From Macrostomum lignano (lineage: Eukaryota): a stretch of 64,000 bases of DNA. The stretch covers positions 868,001-932,000 of the forward strand of contig NIVC01000013.1 in assembly GCA_002269645.1 (NCBI GenBank). The letters are read 5' to 3'. A program made the position numbers and the translations under genes. The notes beneath the pieces are model-generated. The model saw only the letters and a list, made by a program, of their open reading frames with translations, made no database searches and was not told the origin of the DNA. The first letter of the stretch is position 1. Every line of letters starts with the position of its first letter. Positions 36,086 to 49,078 of the stretch are shown here, piece by piece.

Positions 36086-37360
36086 CAGAGACTACAAAAT
36101 TGTAGCTGTACAAGTAAACTCCCGTTAGAAAGCCAATAAGCTAGGACAAGACGGGCGACGGCATTTGGCTAAAGGCAGAAAACTTAACGACAGCAGATCA
36201 GACAGTCAGGCGGAGAAATAAGACCCACAAGCTCCTTCCAATCCACACAAAAGTACAGACGGACAAGCAACTAACAGACGAAACGGCATACTGTGAGAGA
36301 ATATAGATGGCGTATTACAAATATATTGTTATTAAAGTACAAAAAGACATGGCTAAAAGATAAATCATTCCTCCAAAATAGATGGAATTTTTCATCAGTA
36401 AACTAAGCTAACTAGAACCAAGCATTGCTAATTAACTGGATGTAACTTGGATTGTTATCTTAATGGTACAGGGAGGGCAGACAAAGCAGTTACTCGTAAG
36501 TGTAGGAAATTACCCAATAAACCCCATCGTCGAAAACTGTCATAGGGTTCTTTTTTAGTGAAATTTTTACCATTTTGATGGATTACTTTTCCAAAATAGC
36601 ACGACATTAGTATCTGCCCATTTGTCACGGAAGTTAATGATTGAACCGATTAAATTAAAAATCCCCATTTGCTGGCATAGAACTGCACTTGACAAGACCA
36701 ATAAAGCTAATCATAGTTCTGTGGCCAGATTATTTTGCTTTGTAATTCTTCACTTGATTTTATTCTAACCAGAAATAGAGTCATAAAAAGCTTGCTTTGC
36801 TTGCAGTCTGTGGGAGAGTGCAGCTGGGTACTCAGGGCAATAAATTGATTGGCTTTACGAGTAGTATCGTCTATGGCCTAGTGCAGTTATAAGCCAGAGG
36901 CTGCTGCTCGATTGAAAGCAGTGGGCACTAATCAATCTCAGCTTGGACCCGGCCATAGACTACAGAATAGTGTTTACATCTCACTTGCACTGGTGCAATA
37001 GTCTATGGTCTAGCTGTTTATTTCATTTATTTGTTTTCGCACGGTCACACCTAAATCAGAATCTACAGTGTAAAAGAGCTATTCCTTTTGTCATGCTATG
37101 TGGAACTGGGGACATCTAAAACGGAACGGCCCATGGGGTTCTATGGCCCAGCGCTTGAATCAAGTCGAGACAGTAAGCCATAGACAACTTAATTTGTCAT
37201 GCAATATGGAACGATGAGCCAAAATAGAAGAAACGGTTTGAGCTTTTCACAGAGACAAGATGCTTTTCTTTTCTAACGATTCGTCGCGCTAAGTTAATAA
37301 AAAAACTCGAATAAATGGCGCCCTCCGATTTTCCCATTAACGCCCTTAAAGCATGGGTAT

Positions 37361-37827
37361 TAATGTATTGGTTTTGTCAGCCTAACTGAGAATAAAGCCA
37401 TCCAAAGTGAGAATCCTGCCTACGCTGACTGCGAAGGGCCTGGCTGCGTGCAGCCTTAGTCTATGGGCCATAGACTATAAAGGATTAGCAAAGTGATAAA
37501 AAGCCATCCAATGTGAGAATCCTGCCTACGCTGAATACGAAGGGCCTAGCTGCGTCCAGCCTAGCCTATGAGCCATAGACTATAAAGGATAAGCTAGGAT
37601 TGGCTAGTCATATGGCTCAGAAGCTCAGAAGGTATAAAAATAAAAGAATACGACGCATAGACCAATCGATTCTCACATTGGATGGCTTTTTATCACTTTG
37701 CTTGTCCTATTGTCTATGGCCCATAGACTAAGGCTGCACGCAGCTAGGCCCTTCGCAGTCAGCGTAGGCAGGGTTCTCATTTTGGGTGGCTTTATTCTCA
37801 GTTAGGCTGACAAAAGCAATAGTATTA
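37361..37827. mobile_element. Foldback/MITE with about 155-bp TIRs and an internally duplicated subunit
   Basis: 37367-37520 is the near-exact reverse complement of 37667-37822; each arm holds the near-palindrome GTCTATGGGCCATAGAC. Confidence 0.85.
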
Positions 37828-39589
37828 GTATGCTAAAAATGAGATGTTTCTATTTTGGCTTTGGCCACGCTTATGGGACTCGGCTTCTATGGCAGACCTC
37901 GTTATTTCTCGCTAGCATAGACTCTGTTCAAACCGGACCAAATCAAACTAGCAGCGATCTATCCCATTATCCTACTAAATGCTCCTATCAGCTTCTAGGC
38001 ATCTATAGCAACACTCAATTACTAGCTTAATGTAGTTTGGCTCTCGGTTTTCTTGTCAAGGCAGTTAATAATAGTACATTCCAGAACTTTTTAAAGGCTT
38101 CTAAACGATGCCCGTAGCTAAAATCTTGTTAACAAGAAACAAAGTTTATCAGATAGGACTTATAATCCATTACTGCGCCTAAAACGAAGAAGCCGAAGAA
38201 TGATTTATTTTAAAAATGATCCCACAACAAACTTGCATTGATTTTGTCTGACTTGAATGTTACTAGCTTATCTATATGTTTTCACTAAGCGATGAGAAAG
38301 TCAGATTCGACTATAACTTTACTAACGCACGCAACCCTGTGACTCTAACTCTTACAAAAGCAAATGCAGGAAAACTGATTCAAATGCATTTAGAGAAATA
38401 GAAATATAACACCCAGTTGGGGTATCGGTTTCAAACAAATCAGCTTTCGTTTCGAGTGTAGAAAGCGTGCCTGAACGAACTACAGCTTCCCCTAAGTCTT
38501 CGCACATAGAAGACCTGCGCCGCCTCCGCATGCTTTTTTTAGCTGAACGCATCGACCGAAGCCGACCGAGTGGGGACGGGCAAAGAGGGTGTGCGAGGAC
38601 AGGGAGAGGACACGATAGACGAAAGGAAAAGGCGTGGCCTAGAGAAAAAGTGGGAAGAGGGGGGGGGGCAAAGCCCAACCAGAAGGGAGAGAGAGGATTA
38701 GGGAGTCCTCTAACACGGGCCCACGGACACACACAAGTGCACGCACACAGTCACGTGCTGTCGACGAAAGCGAGAAAATCCCGCACCATCATTATCCCAA
38801 ACTAGTTTCTATTCCCACATTTTTGCCAAACTGTAGTTCACTCTACTATATCCTTAACTTGCTTAGCGCATATACATGTATGCAAGCAGATAGATAGAAA
38901 AAAGAAGCCTCAAAACCAGAGGCTATAATAATAAGGTTGTATTACCTAACCTAAGCCATTGTATAATGACTGACTAGATTCTTTCTGGTTAAGAGTGCAA
39001 TGAGCCCACAGAGAAATGCACATGGAGAAAGAGAGAGAGAATGAAAGATGAGAATAAAAGATGGGGTGGGCAGTTAGTTAAAGAAAAAAGCTTTTGTTCT
39101 GTGCGCTAAATAATCGCTTCAGTCAAGACACAGAGAAGAATAGGACAATATATATATATATATATATATTAACATAAAGATGGTGTGGCCTCCCGGCCTG
39201 CCGATGTAGACGTTATTACCCCGTGGACGTTGCGCAGCGAAGCGTTTACAGCGACTATAGGGTGAACAAAATCTCGAGAGGCAAGGCTACAAAGGCAGAC
39301 AGACAAAGATAAAGTAGACAGTGCAGCAGACACACCCGCGCCACTTAAACGCACAAAAGAAAAACGAGTGCCAACGGTTTCAAAAATAAATATATAAATG
39401 ACGATTATAATAAATAGGCGAGATTTTTATGTTCAAAAAGGAAGCCATATAAGAAAGAGGCATTCATTCAAAGCTCTATTCTGTGAAAAGGGGGATTTTT
39501 CCCCTTATACAGAAAACTATATAGATTTGACATGCACGCTTCACGCACAGAGCTGTCAATCAGCTCAGTATTATAATAATAGGACTTAC

Positions 39590-39714
39590 CGCACCCGAAC
39601 CCGGAGATCAGTCTAGCCAAGAATAGCATCTCCATTGAATTGGCTACCTTGCACAGGGCATAGAATACAGAACTTAGTGCCACAAATGCTAGAAACACGT
39701 AGGCAGCCTTTTTC
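39590..39714 (-). CDS. SLC2A: SLC2A/GLUT transporter, exon 2 (TM3-TM4)
   Basis: tttaacag|G AAA AAG ... TGC G|gtaagt; EMLFLARLISGFGCG. Confidence 0.9.
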
Positions 39715-40289
39715 CTGTTAAAATTGTTTAATTATCATTAATTAATTGAGAGTTCATTAGGGCTAGCACAGAGTGAGGATTCGGAGATATAATTGCAACG
39801 GAAAAGGCCTAGGCGACGAAGAGAGAGCTTCATCAGTAATTAGATCGAATCCCTGCGCTGGCCTAGTAACAGGAAATAAATTAGACATCCTTGACTAATC
39901 CTCAAAAAAGCAGGAGATTAATCTTTTCCGAAACCTGCAGAACTGAAGCCTTATTATAATTAAACAGATTTCATTAGCGCTGCAATATGAATTTGAATTA
40001 CTGTTTGACTTGTAGAAAAATTTGCTAGCAATAAAAAAGGGTAAAATGTCATCTGCGGATTTTATCCGTCAAAAAAACCGATTTAGGTGTAAAATAAGCT
40101 TTGAACACAGGCGAGTGATGGGGCAGAGCAGCTGAACGGTAAAAGCGTCTGACTGTCCTACCACGACAGGGAGGGGTGGGCTAACGCCCCCGACTGCTGG
40201 CAATCCCGAGCGGCTGTCCCCTGTCCTTCCTCCGCCCTCCGCAGGGCCCAGCTTGGACTCAGCTGCAGGGACATCACATCAGGGCGGTG

Positions 40290-40640
40290 ATCATGGCCCT
40301 CTTCGGACATGGCTGGTTTGCCAGGCTTCATCACTTTCAGGGAAAAAAACCATAGCGAAGAATGCCCTTTCTGCCTCTCCGGTGTCGAGAATGCGGAGCA
40401 CTTTATCTGTGAATTCCCCGCCTTTACTCGTACTCAGAGCAAGCACACCTACCTCTCGGCCCAAATCCGGACCTCCCACAATATTTTCAGGCCCTATAAT
40501 CTCTGCTAGCTCGTCCGCTACCTAAAAACTACCGGGCGAGCGACCATCTACCACCTGGACTGTCCGGAGGGGGACCGCGCTGCGGACACCGGCACCACCG
40601 GATCTCCCTGCTTGACACCGCAGCACTAGCTGGTTGTGGT
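40290..40640 (+). mobile_element. 3' fragment of a non-LTR retrotransposon (C-terminal CCHC knuckle + 3' region), in GLUT intron 1
   Basis: CPFC...ENAEHFICECPAF motif; homologous copy at 58600-59175. Confidence 0.7.
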
Positions 40641-40837
40641 CGCCAGGGGTTAGCGAAATTGGCGACAACGCCTCCTCGCCGCATCCGGATGCCCGGATCT
40701 CCTGCAGCTGAGTAAAAAAAGTCCCACCACGATTCACACCCATCAGGGTTAGCCACAAGGCCTGAGCATGTCGAACAGGAGTCCATTGGAATTGTAAGCT
40801 AATTACTAAAAATAGCACAAAACATAGCATCACTCGC

Positions 40838-41280
40838 CTGCCAAGTCTATCCGAAATCAAACCAAACGACAGCGAACCAGCCATGCCGCCAACAAGATAG
40901 ATCGACACAACAAGCGACCACATCAATTCCAACGAAGCTCTAGTTGGCATGTCGCCAAATCGTTCAACGTAGCTGTCGTTAAGAAACTCTTTAACGTGCA
41001 GCTCTTGCGGATTGAGCACGCCAGTGTTGAATCCGTGCGGCAGAGACAGACCCAATGAGATACCGAATGCCGATACGGCTAATACGCCATTCAAATTGCC
41101 AGTCTGCTCTTTCTTAATCTCCTGATATTGTTCGTAGGTTTTATCTTTCTCTTCAACTGATAGTTTAGAGACTAGACGGCTGTCCTCGCCAAGGTGAGTG
41201 TTGGCAGCCTGAGTCAGTTCAATTGATGGCACTGGAGCCCGGCGCAATGGTTGAGACTGGTCTGGTCCATTTTTGTCCAT
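40838..41280 (-). CDS. SLC2A: SLC2A/GLUT transporter, exon 1 (N-tail, TM1-TM2)
   Basis: ATG 41280; GFNTGVLN, loop-1 NDS sequon, DRLGR. Ends GGC AG|gcgagt (GC donor). Five exons total 1761 nt = 586 aa. Confidence 0.88.
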
Positions 41281-42244
41281 TGTACAAATAGGATATAGAA
41301 TGATTTTGTTGTATCGTTTGGGACGATGGTTGAGATTGAAATCTCTGAATGAGTGAAACAGGGTTAAGCTTATACATAGATGAGAGCGTGTACACTTTAT
41401 ACTGACAAACTGTACATTCTTTTTTATCAAAGAATGAGCTAAGCTGGCTTTTCTATTGGTTAGCTGTTGAAAAAATTATAAAGCAGTCTAGGATTGGATG
41501 GTGGGGATAAAATGAATCATACTACTGGTGTGTCTAGAGACTACTTCCAGCAGTATACATAGCAGCATGGATATAACTATTTAAATTTTGTATACAACTA
41601 TCTTTCTAATCGCTAGGGTCTTAAAGCTAGTCTAATAGTAAACTTGGTTGTAGAATTTTCTTGTAATCAACAGGCTACCAAATATCCTCTGTGGCTAAGA
41701 GACTATCAGAACATACATGCCCAACACCTGGCTGACCCTCCAATTGGGTCACATGGAGAGTAAGAGGTCTGGCCAAGGTAGGTTACAAAAATTCAAACTT
41801 AAAAGACATTTTAACTGTCTTTAACTGTCTAATAAGTAATAATTAGATGATGAGGCATTAAGCACTAATACTATAGTCATAGTTACTCCTACCGTTTACC
41901 TAAAATTAATAATAGATAATAAAAATGCATTTTTAACTTGTACCTATTATGTTATTGCCTATGTCTATTAGTACTTCAATAGCTAATATTTTTGTGGTAA
42001 AGTTGCAACTTGCAAATCTGATGAAAAGCAAAATTAATAACATGAGTGCTATCATTTTTTGTTATGCAACATATTTTGCCTTGCATCAGGCATCCTCATG
42101 CTTTTAAAATTTAGTTATAATTTATTTGTTTATTTACTTGTATTTAGCAATTTAGACAAGAAATGGGTCAATAAAAGTCAGAAATTGTATATAAATTAAC
42201 AATAGATTGCATAGTCCAAAAGATAACTCACTGAGTTGCAATGA

Positions 42245-42269
42245 GGGGAAGAGATAGAGATAGAGAGAT

Positions 42270-42325
<56 letters not shown>

Positions 42326-42342
42326 GAGAAAGAGAGAGAGAG

Positions 42343-42408
<66 letters not shown>

Positions 42409-42415
42409 AAGAGAA
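42245..42415. repeat. (GA)n microsatellite
   Basis: Direct. Confidence 0.95.
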
Positions 42416-42473
42416 GCACAAGTATATACCTAGAATACACATAGGAGGGCACTAGAACCATGATTGGAAATTT

Positions 42474-42610
42474 GCTTATTTAGAATTGGTTTATGCGATT
42501 TTATGTGACAGGGCCTCAAGCACTTTTGAGTACAAATGGGTATAGACTAAAAGTGCTTGAGGCCTTATATATATAAAATTGAAAATTGCATGAACCAATT
42601 CTAAATAAGC
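42474..42610. repeat. About 137-bp imperfect palindrome (mini-MITE-like hairpin)
   Basis: GCTTATTTAGAATTGGTT...GGCCTCAAGCACTTTT pairs with AAAAGTGCTTGAGGCC...AACCAATTCTAAATAAGC. Confidence 0.75.
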
Positions 42611-45421
42611 TAAACTAAGTGACCAATATTGCTAAACTAGTATCATTACTAGACTAGACTTTAGCATTTAAGTAGGCCTATAAACAAATTCTCTTATTTC
42701 TAAACAATTTTTTATATTTATGTCTATTGACAAATTGATTTATATTATTGATTTATACTGATTTATACTAGCCATGTGACTTTTTTGACCAAAAATGTAA
42801 CTTACCTATGAAAGAAACTTTGCAATAATATAATTTTGGATAAATGGCATTAGTCACTATTACTATATTATTAAAACTAAATGCTTTGTCATCTAATTAG
42901 TACTTTGTCTATTTATAAGTAGGCATTCTTGCAACTTACCTTTACTAAGACAGATCAGCCAGGTATTGCATATATATGGTTGCTACCTATATTTATACTT
43001 ATATATAAACACACTTAACACCCAAACCTAGCCTACTTGGCCAGGTGGCAAAAGGTCTAATCAAGGTAAATGCAAAAATGACAACCCAAAAAATTAAAAT
43101 ACTTGCATTAACAAAAATGACAAAATAGTATAATTAGTTTTGCATATTTAACTATTTCTTTAGAAAATCATAACTTTTGGAAATTTTCAATAGGCATAAA
43201 GGTTAGACAAGATCTTCATTATCAATATATATACATAACTGCTAGTTGATCTGACCAATATAGCACTATAAATTGTGATAGACTAGGGATAAATAGCAAA
43301 AATGCCTAACTAAAAAGAATATAAAAATAGTACTAATTAAATGATGAGACATTTAGCCTTAATAAGACTATCATAGTTATTTCTATCATTTACCTAGTTG
43401 TATATGCACGCACATAAGTAACTTTATTCTTTTTTGTCTTGCATAGGAGTGTCCAAGCCACTTATTCTAATAGGGCTGTGTAGATATGGCCCTTTGAAAT
43501 AATTTATTGTGTGATGCCTATAAGTTTTTAGTGATTTGATTCCAATATTACAATAGGGATTAGACAATTAAACAATTATATAATTTAACTATGTATACAA
43601 TTGTGATAAATGATTATAAAAAATGACAAAAGTTGAAAATTTGAAAATTTATAGAGCCTAGGCACTAGGCTTACTCCTGTCTCAATCATTAAGATATCTA
43701 TTAGTAGAGATAGAAGGAATATCAGATTTTACCAAATCCAAATATTGAGTATTTGGATATAAACTTGCCGAATAATGAATACTGAATAATAGGACATAGG
43801 CGTATTTTTTAAAGCTACATAAATTTGATTTCTTTAAAATGAATAACTTATACATTTCAACTTTTAAAATATACAAGCTACCTTTATTACACATTTTAAC
43901 TACGCATATTTTAATAAATATACACTATTAAGAATGGAGTAGTTATAGACACAATGCTATTGATACAGCTTTAAGGCTCTGGCCAAAGTCATTATATGAC
44001 TCATTTAAGATTGTCATATATAGGTTAGGCCTATGAAAAAAACAACTAAATCATCTAAATTGCTTATTGACTCAGAATTGCTTGGACAGTATCTACACTT
44101 TTTGGTGCCTGCATTTTGGTGCTCCAGTTTGCTTTTTGATGCCTAGGCTAAAGTAGGCTCTATTAATTAGAATTAACATAAAAATATAAAAAATGAGCCC
44201 TAATTTAGCATCAGGGTCTAAGCGCTTTGTAGTACTTTTTTGTTAAAAAAAACTAAGGTATTATTCATTCTGTTAAGTTGACTTGATGTTTTAATTAAAA
44301 ATGCTTTTATTTCATTTGAATTTCTTTTAGGCTATTTCCACGAGTGTGACCATCGAAGGTTGGTACATTAATTTCACAAAAAAATATATGAAAAAGGGGT
44401 TTTGCAGCCTTTTTTTCATCAAAAAAATAATAACCAACTAGATCTTTTGAACTTGTTTAGCTTGTGACACAGAAGTTTTTGATTCTCAATTAATTCAGCT
44501 TATTGTGCATGTGACGGTCAAAGTTAAAGAACTCAAAGGTAAAGGGGAGTGAATTGTTTTTTTGTGTTTTCTTCGGTCTTTGAGATCTTAGAGCCATAAA
44601 AATCAATACACAAACTGGAAATTAGCCATACTTAGTAATATAAAATATTAAACGTATACAAACAAGCAGAAAAAAGTTTTGACACTTTTCTCTTGTGATG
44701 GTCAAAGTGTGACAGTCGAAGGTACCAACTGTGAAAATTTTTTTTCAACTCTGGTAAAGAAATATAAGTGTAAGACTAATAAATACTTTTACAGTAACAT
44801 TTTTCATGATAAATATCTAATTGAATAAATCATATCAGAGATGGGGGTTATGGTTGGAGCTTCCGATGGAAGGCAGTCTGGAAAATGACCCCAGCATCTG
44901 CTATCCCATCAAGCAACCCCTGGTATCTGCCTGGTCAGCAGTGCTAATACCAACTAAGGGTCAAAAGGATATAAAATAACATTTAATTAAATTCTAACAT
45001 TTCATGACATGATATCAACTAATGAAGAAGTAACTTGTACATAATAATATAGCCTATTGCCTTATTGCCTATTTTTACTATCTTCCTAATATATTCTTAC
45101 TCGTAAGTCTATTTTCTTAAAGAACATAAGTAAATACTTTATCAAATAAATACATAATTTATATTAAGAAGTAAAAGAAAGGAGATTGCAAGCATTTTCA
45201 TTAGAATGACATGTTTTGCCTAACTTTAGGCATCATTGGGCAGATGGGAATTTATTTAATTTAAGCCAAACGTAGAGTATAAATATATTTCAGTGGCAGA
45301 TAGTCAGTGATGCACAAAATTGTAATAACAAAACACGGGGGGAGTCAATAGATCAAAACCAAGACAGACAGAGAAAGAGAGAGAGAGAGAAAGAGAGAGA
45401 GAGCCGGGTAGTGGGTGTACG

Positions 45422-45780
45422 TTAGAACACTCTCAGGAGAGCACCAGCCCCGGAATAACCCAACTGTTTATTTAAAGTTGGTTGCTAGTTTTTAATGTAC
45501 ATAGCTTCAATAATCTTAAGGCGATGATCAATATTGCAACTGTGTATGATAGTAAACCTATCATTTTGTTCACTGTTGGCGCATTCACTACAAGCCATAA
45601 GATGGTCTTGCACTGCTGATGGCTTTAACCAGTGTTCTCTGCCCCTAACATACAAGTGCCGTTTCGAATTATCTAGGTAACTCTCTGATCAACAGAGCAC
45701 TGGAATTGGTAGACGATACCTGCATTTAGTTGCAGAGGCACATGGCTTTTAAGCTTAGAGACATACTGGCTAACTTTATC
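45422..45780 (-). pseudogene. Decayed Penelope-like element, GIY-YIG endonuclease C-terminal region
   Basis: Translates GIVYQFQC...VT*I / KRHLYVRGREH...SAVQDHL..C..C...FTII...LKIIEAMYIKN*QPTLNKQ, with two stops and a frameshift. Not in the ORF track. Confidence 0.8.
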
Positions 45781-48166
45781 GCAATAAAAGGTGATTCTTA
45801 GATTATCATTAGAAAACTGCTTAAAGCACTAGAGGAGCACTTTCTTAAAACTGATCGAAGCCTCCCCATAGTAGGGGATATAAAGGTGCCTATATTTGGT
45901 CTGAGACTGATCTTGCTGATGCACTGACAATTTTGTGCATCACTGACTATCTGCCACTGAAATGTAATTATACTTTACGTTTTGACTTAAATAAATTCCA
46001 ATCTGCCCGATTATGCCTAATGTTAGGCGAAACATGTTGTTCTAATGAAAATGCTCGCAATCTCCTTTCTTTTACTTCTCATTATCAAGCATGCTGTTCT
46101 ACTAGAATAATTTATATTATACAAATATTTTGAATGAAATATTTTATTAAGTAGGAAAAAGACAAAGTCAATTATGTTTGTCACAGGCCACATGAGGTAC
46201 TATATAGACTAGAGCTTTATTTAAATAATATATGCAATAAAATTGATATTAGCCAATAGAAACTAAATATATATATATTTGTGCATTCAAAAACAAAAAA
46301 ATAAAGAAAATGTTACAATAAAAAAATGAACCTATGTGTGACACACTCATGGAATGAGCCTTTATTTGATTTCTCAAGAAATAAAACAGGATCATGTGAC
46401 TTAAGAAATCAATATTAAAATTGATTTGTCACAACACTTGTTCAAAATTTGAAATCAAAACTATATTTAGGGCCTAGCATTATTGATAAATTTTATCTTT
46501 ACCTAAATAACTATTCTTAGCATGCATGCTAAGTGGAGCCTTACAATTCTAATAGGCCTATAATACAGGATATAGCAAATACATGCAATTAAATTCACCA
46601 GATTTTTCAAAATTTAGGAATCATACTAGGCCTAGTTTAACAAAATGGATACTGTCTTCATTGACATTAGAAATCCTAAATGTTTTATAAAGTATTTATT
46701 ATATTTGCTATAAGATTGCATTTTTATTATTATTTTGCTGTTATAAACTAGGGTACCAAAAAGCAATCTGGGATACCAAAATGCTAGGCACTGAAAAACA
46801 TGGGTATTGAAGTTAAAATGCATAAAAACCAGTTGGACAATGCTGCATTCATTGAATTGTTATATTTGGCCCTATATTCATAGGCTGTGCAAGGCACATC
46901 CACCATGTCCAGGCCCTATAAATTAGGCCTAGACCTAGGCCTAATGTTAAGCTCACATGTATACATGTACCCATTGCTTTAAATTTTGGCAATAAAAAGG
47001 GACTGTTGAATTTCAGATGTAGTATAGGCCTATTAGTATTAACAAAATAACTATAAGTCTAATGCATTAGGCCTATGAACTTGTAATTCCAACACATGTA
47101 TTGACTGTCGCCCTTGCCCCTTTTGGCTGTCGCCTTTTCTATCTGTCGCACTTTTGACCTGTACCCCCCAAAGACCTCTTTTAATCATCTTCTCTTACAA
47201 CAAGATATGGGGATAATTATCTATATAAATAATAAGCCTAACGCATTGGTATACCGTTGCAACTTTTTTTTCTCCTTCGTTCCTAAAAAAGGTATTCTAT
47301 TTGATTTGCCTTAACTTCGGCAGTGTAAAAAAAGCTAGGCCTATGTCTATGACCTATACAGCAGATTTTGTCAACTTTGGCTTACTTTGCATATTATTAT
47401 TGTTATTACTAAAGTAAAATTATTGAACGTTATATAGATTAGGGGCCTAGTAGAAGTAGTAAGAGTTTGCCTCATTCGAGAAGCCTGTTTGGCTTATATA
47501 AGTCAATGTAATTTAGAAAGTTTTTTGAAGTTTTCCATTTCCATGCCCGGAAAATATCAAAACACCTCATTTGAAAGTTGCCTCGTTTTATAAAAACGAT
47601 ACCATTAAAACAATATATATATGACCTTAAATCCTTAAGTTCTAATAATAGATTTTGCAACTATTATAACTGATTTAACTAAACAACAATGTATCATATG
47701 CTTTTATGTTACAAACAAAGTTGCGTATAGTTTTTACACGACATCTAGCTACGAACAATTTGTATTTTCATGATTTGGATTGGCGTGCAAATGCCGTGCA
47801 TGATGTAGGCCTACGACTAGTAAACACTTGGCAAACAGCGCGTGTATCAGCTGATATGATTTAGAATGTAAATACCTGTTTTAATGCTACGGCAACTGCT
47901 GCTGCTAGGCGTACTGGTACCTGTCATTATTGTCATAGTATCTTATCAATACTTATCAATTATCAATTATCAATACTTAGTAACTTATCAATATCATCCT
48001 ATTATCAATATCACTTAGGCTAGGGCCGCTAGGCCTAATCCGCTATTCTAGTCTGGGACCTAGGTCAGGGTGCTTGCTAGGGCGCTAGCCGCTAGCCAAG
48101 CCTAGTAATAGGCCCCCCTAGTTTTATTTTACAAGCATGCCTACTAGTTCCACCAGTGAACGAGCC

Positions 48167-48806
48167 GGCACATGACCAAGATCACGCCATCACGGCAAGA
48201 TGGCCACATACCAAGATGGCCACAGCTCTAAATGTCTAAATAGATAATAATAAGACTAGGTGTATATACTTAACTCCTTTCCTTTTTCAGTAATTAGGAA
48301 AAAAGATGTTATAATAGAATTGTTTTGTATTATAATCATTCCCTTTGGACTTAGGCCTAGCCTAGCTTTTAGCCTGACCTATACTATAGGGGCCTAGGCC
48401 TATCTATTTATCCACTACATAAAGCAAGTAACCTAGCACAAAATAAATACCCTATGACATTCACACATTTTTTTCTAATTATTTGCATAGCTAGCATTAC
48501 CATTGGCATTAGCAATAGCTTCTTAATAAACTGATCATGTTAGATTTGATAGATGTGATGATAGGGTAGTGAATAATTTGGCATAAACACTAAAAAAGAT
48601 TAAAGGTTTTGTATTATAAGTAGGCCTAATTAGTTTCAAATATATTATTGTATCAGTATTAATGAATATTATTGATTAAACAAAAATAGGCCTAATTAAT
48701 TAAATATTATATTACTAACTAATTAATGATAGATAAAAAGAGAGTAGATATAAAAAATATTCAATGTTGTGGCCATCTTGGTATGTAGCTATCTTGGTCT
48801 TACACC
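48167..48806 (-). mobile_element. 640-bp non-autonomous Mutator-like (MULE) element
   Basis: Ends GGCACATGACCAAGAT... and ...ATCTTGGTCTTACACC, with CCAAGATGGCCAC subterminal repeats; 8-bp TSD AACGAGCC / AACAAGCC. Confidence 0.8.
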
Positions 48807-49078
48807 AACAAGCCGGCGAGCCTGGCGCCGCCAAAGGCATCGTCTGGCAAGAGCAAGATAACCCAAGGCCCCATTAGGCGATTAGGGGCCAAGGGCGAGT
48901 AAGTAATTTATAATTTTAAATTTTAGTATTAATTTTTTAATAATTTTATAAAGTATCTACAAGTAAATAAGTTAGACTTTAGACTTCTTTAAAGTTTGTT
49001 CATATATCCTTTCAGAGCATATCAATTAATACATATTAAATTTTACTCTTACTTGCTACTGAAGTGGACTGTTAGTGT

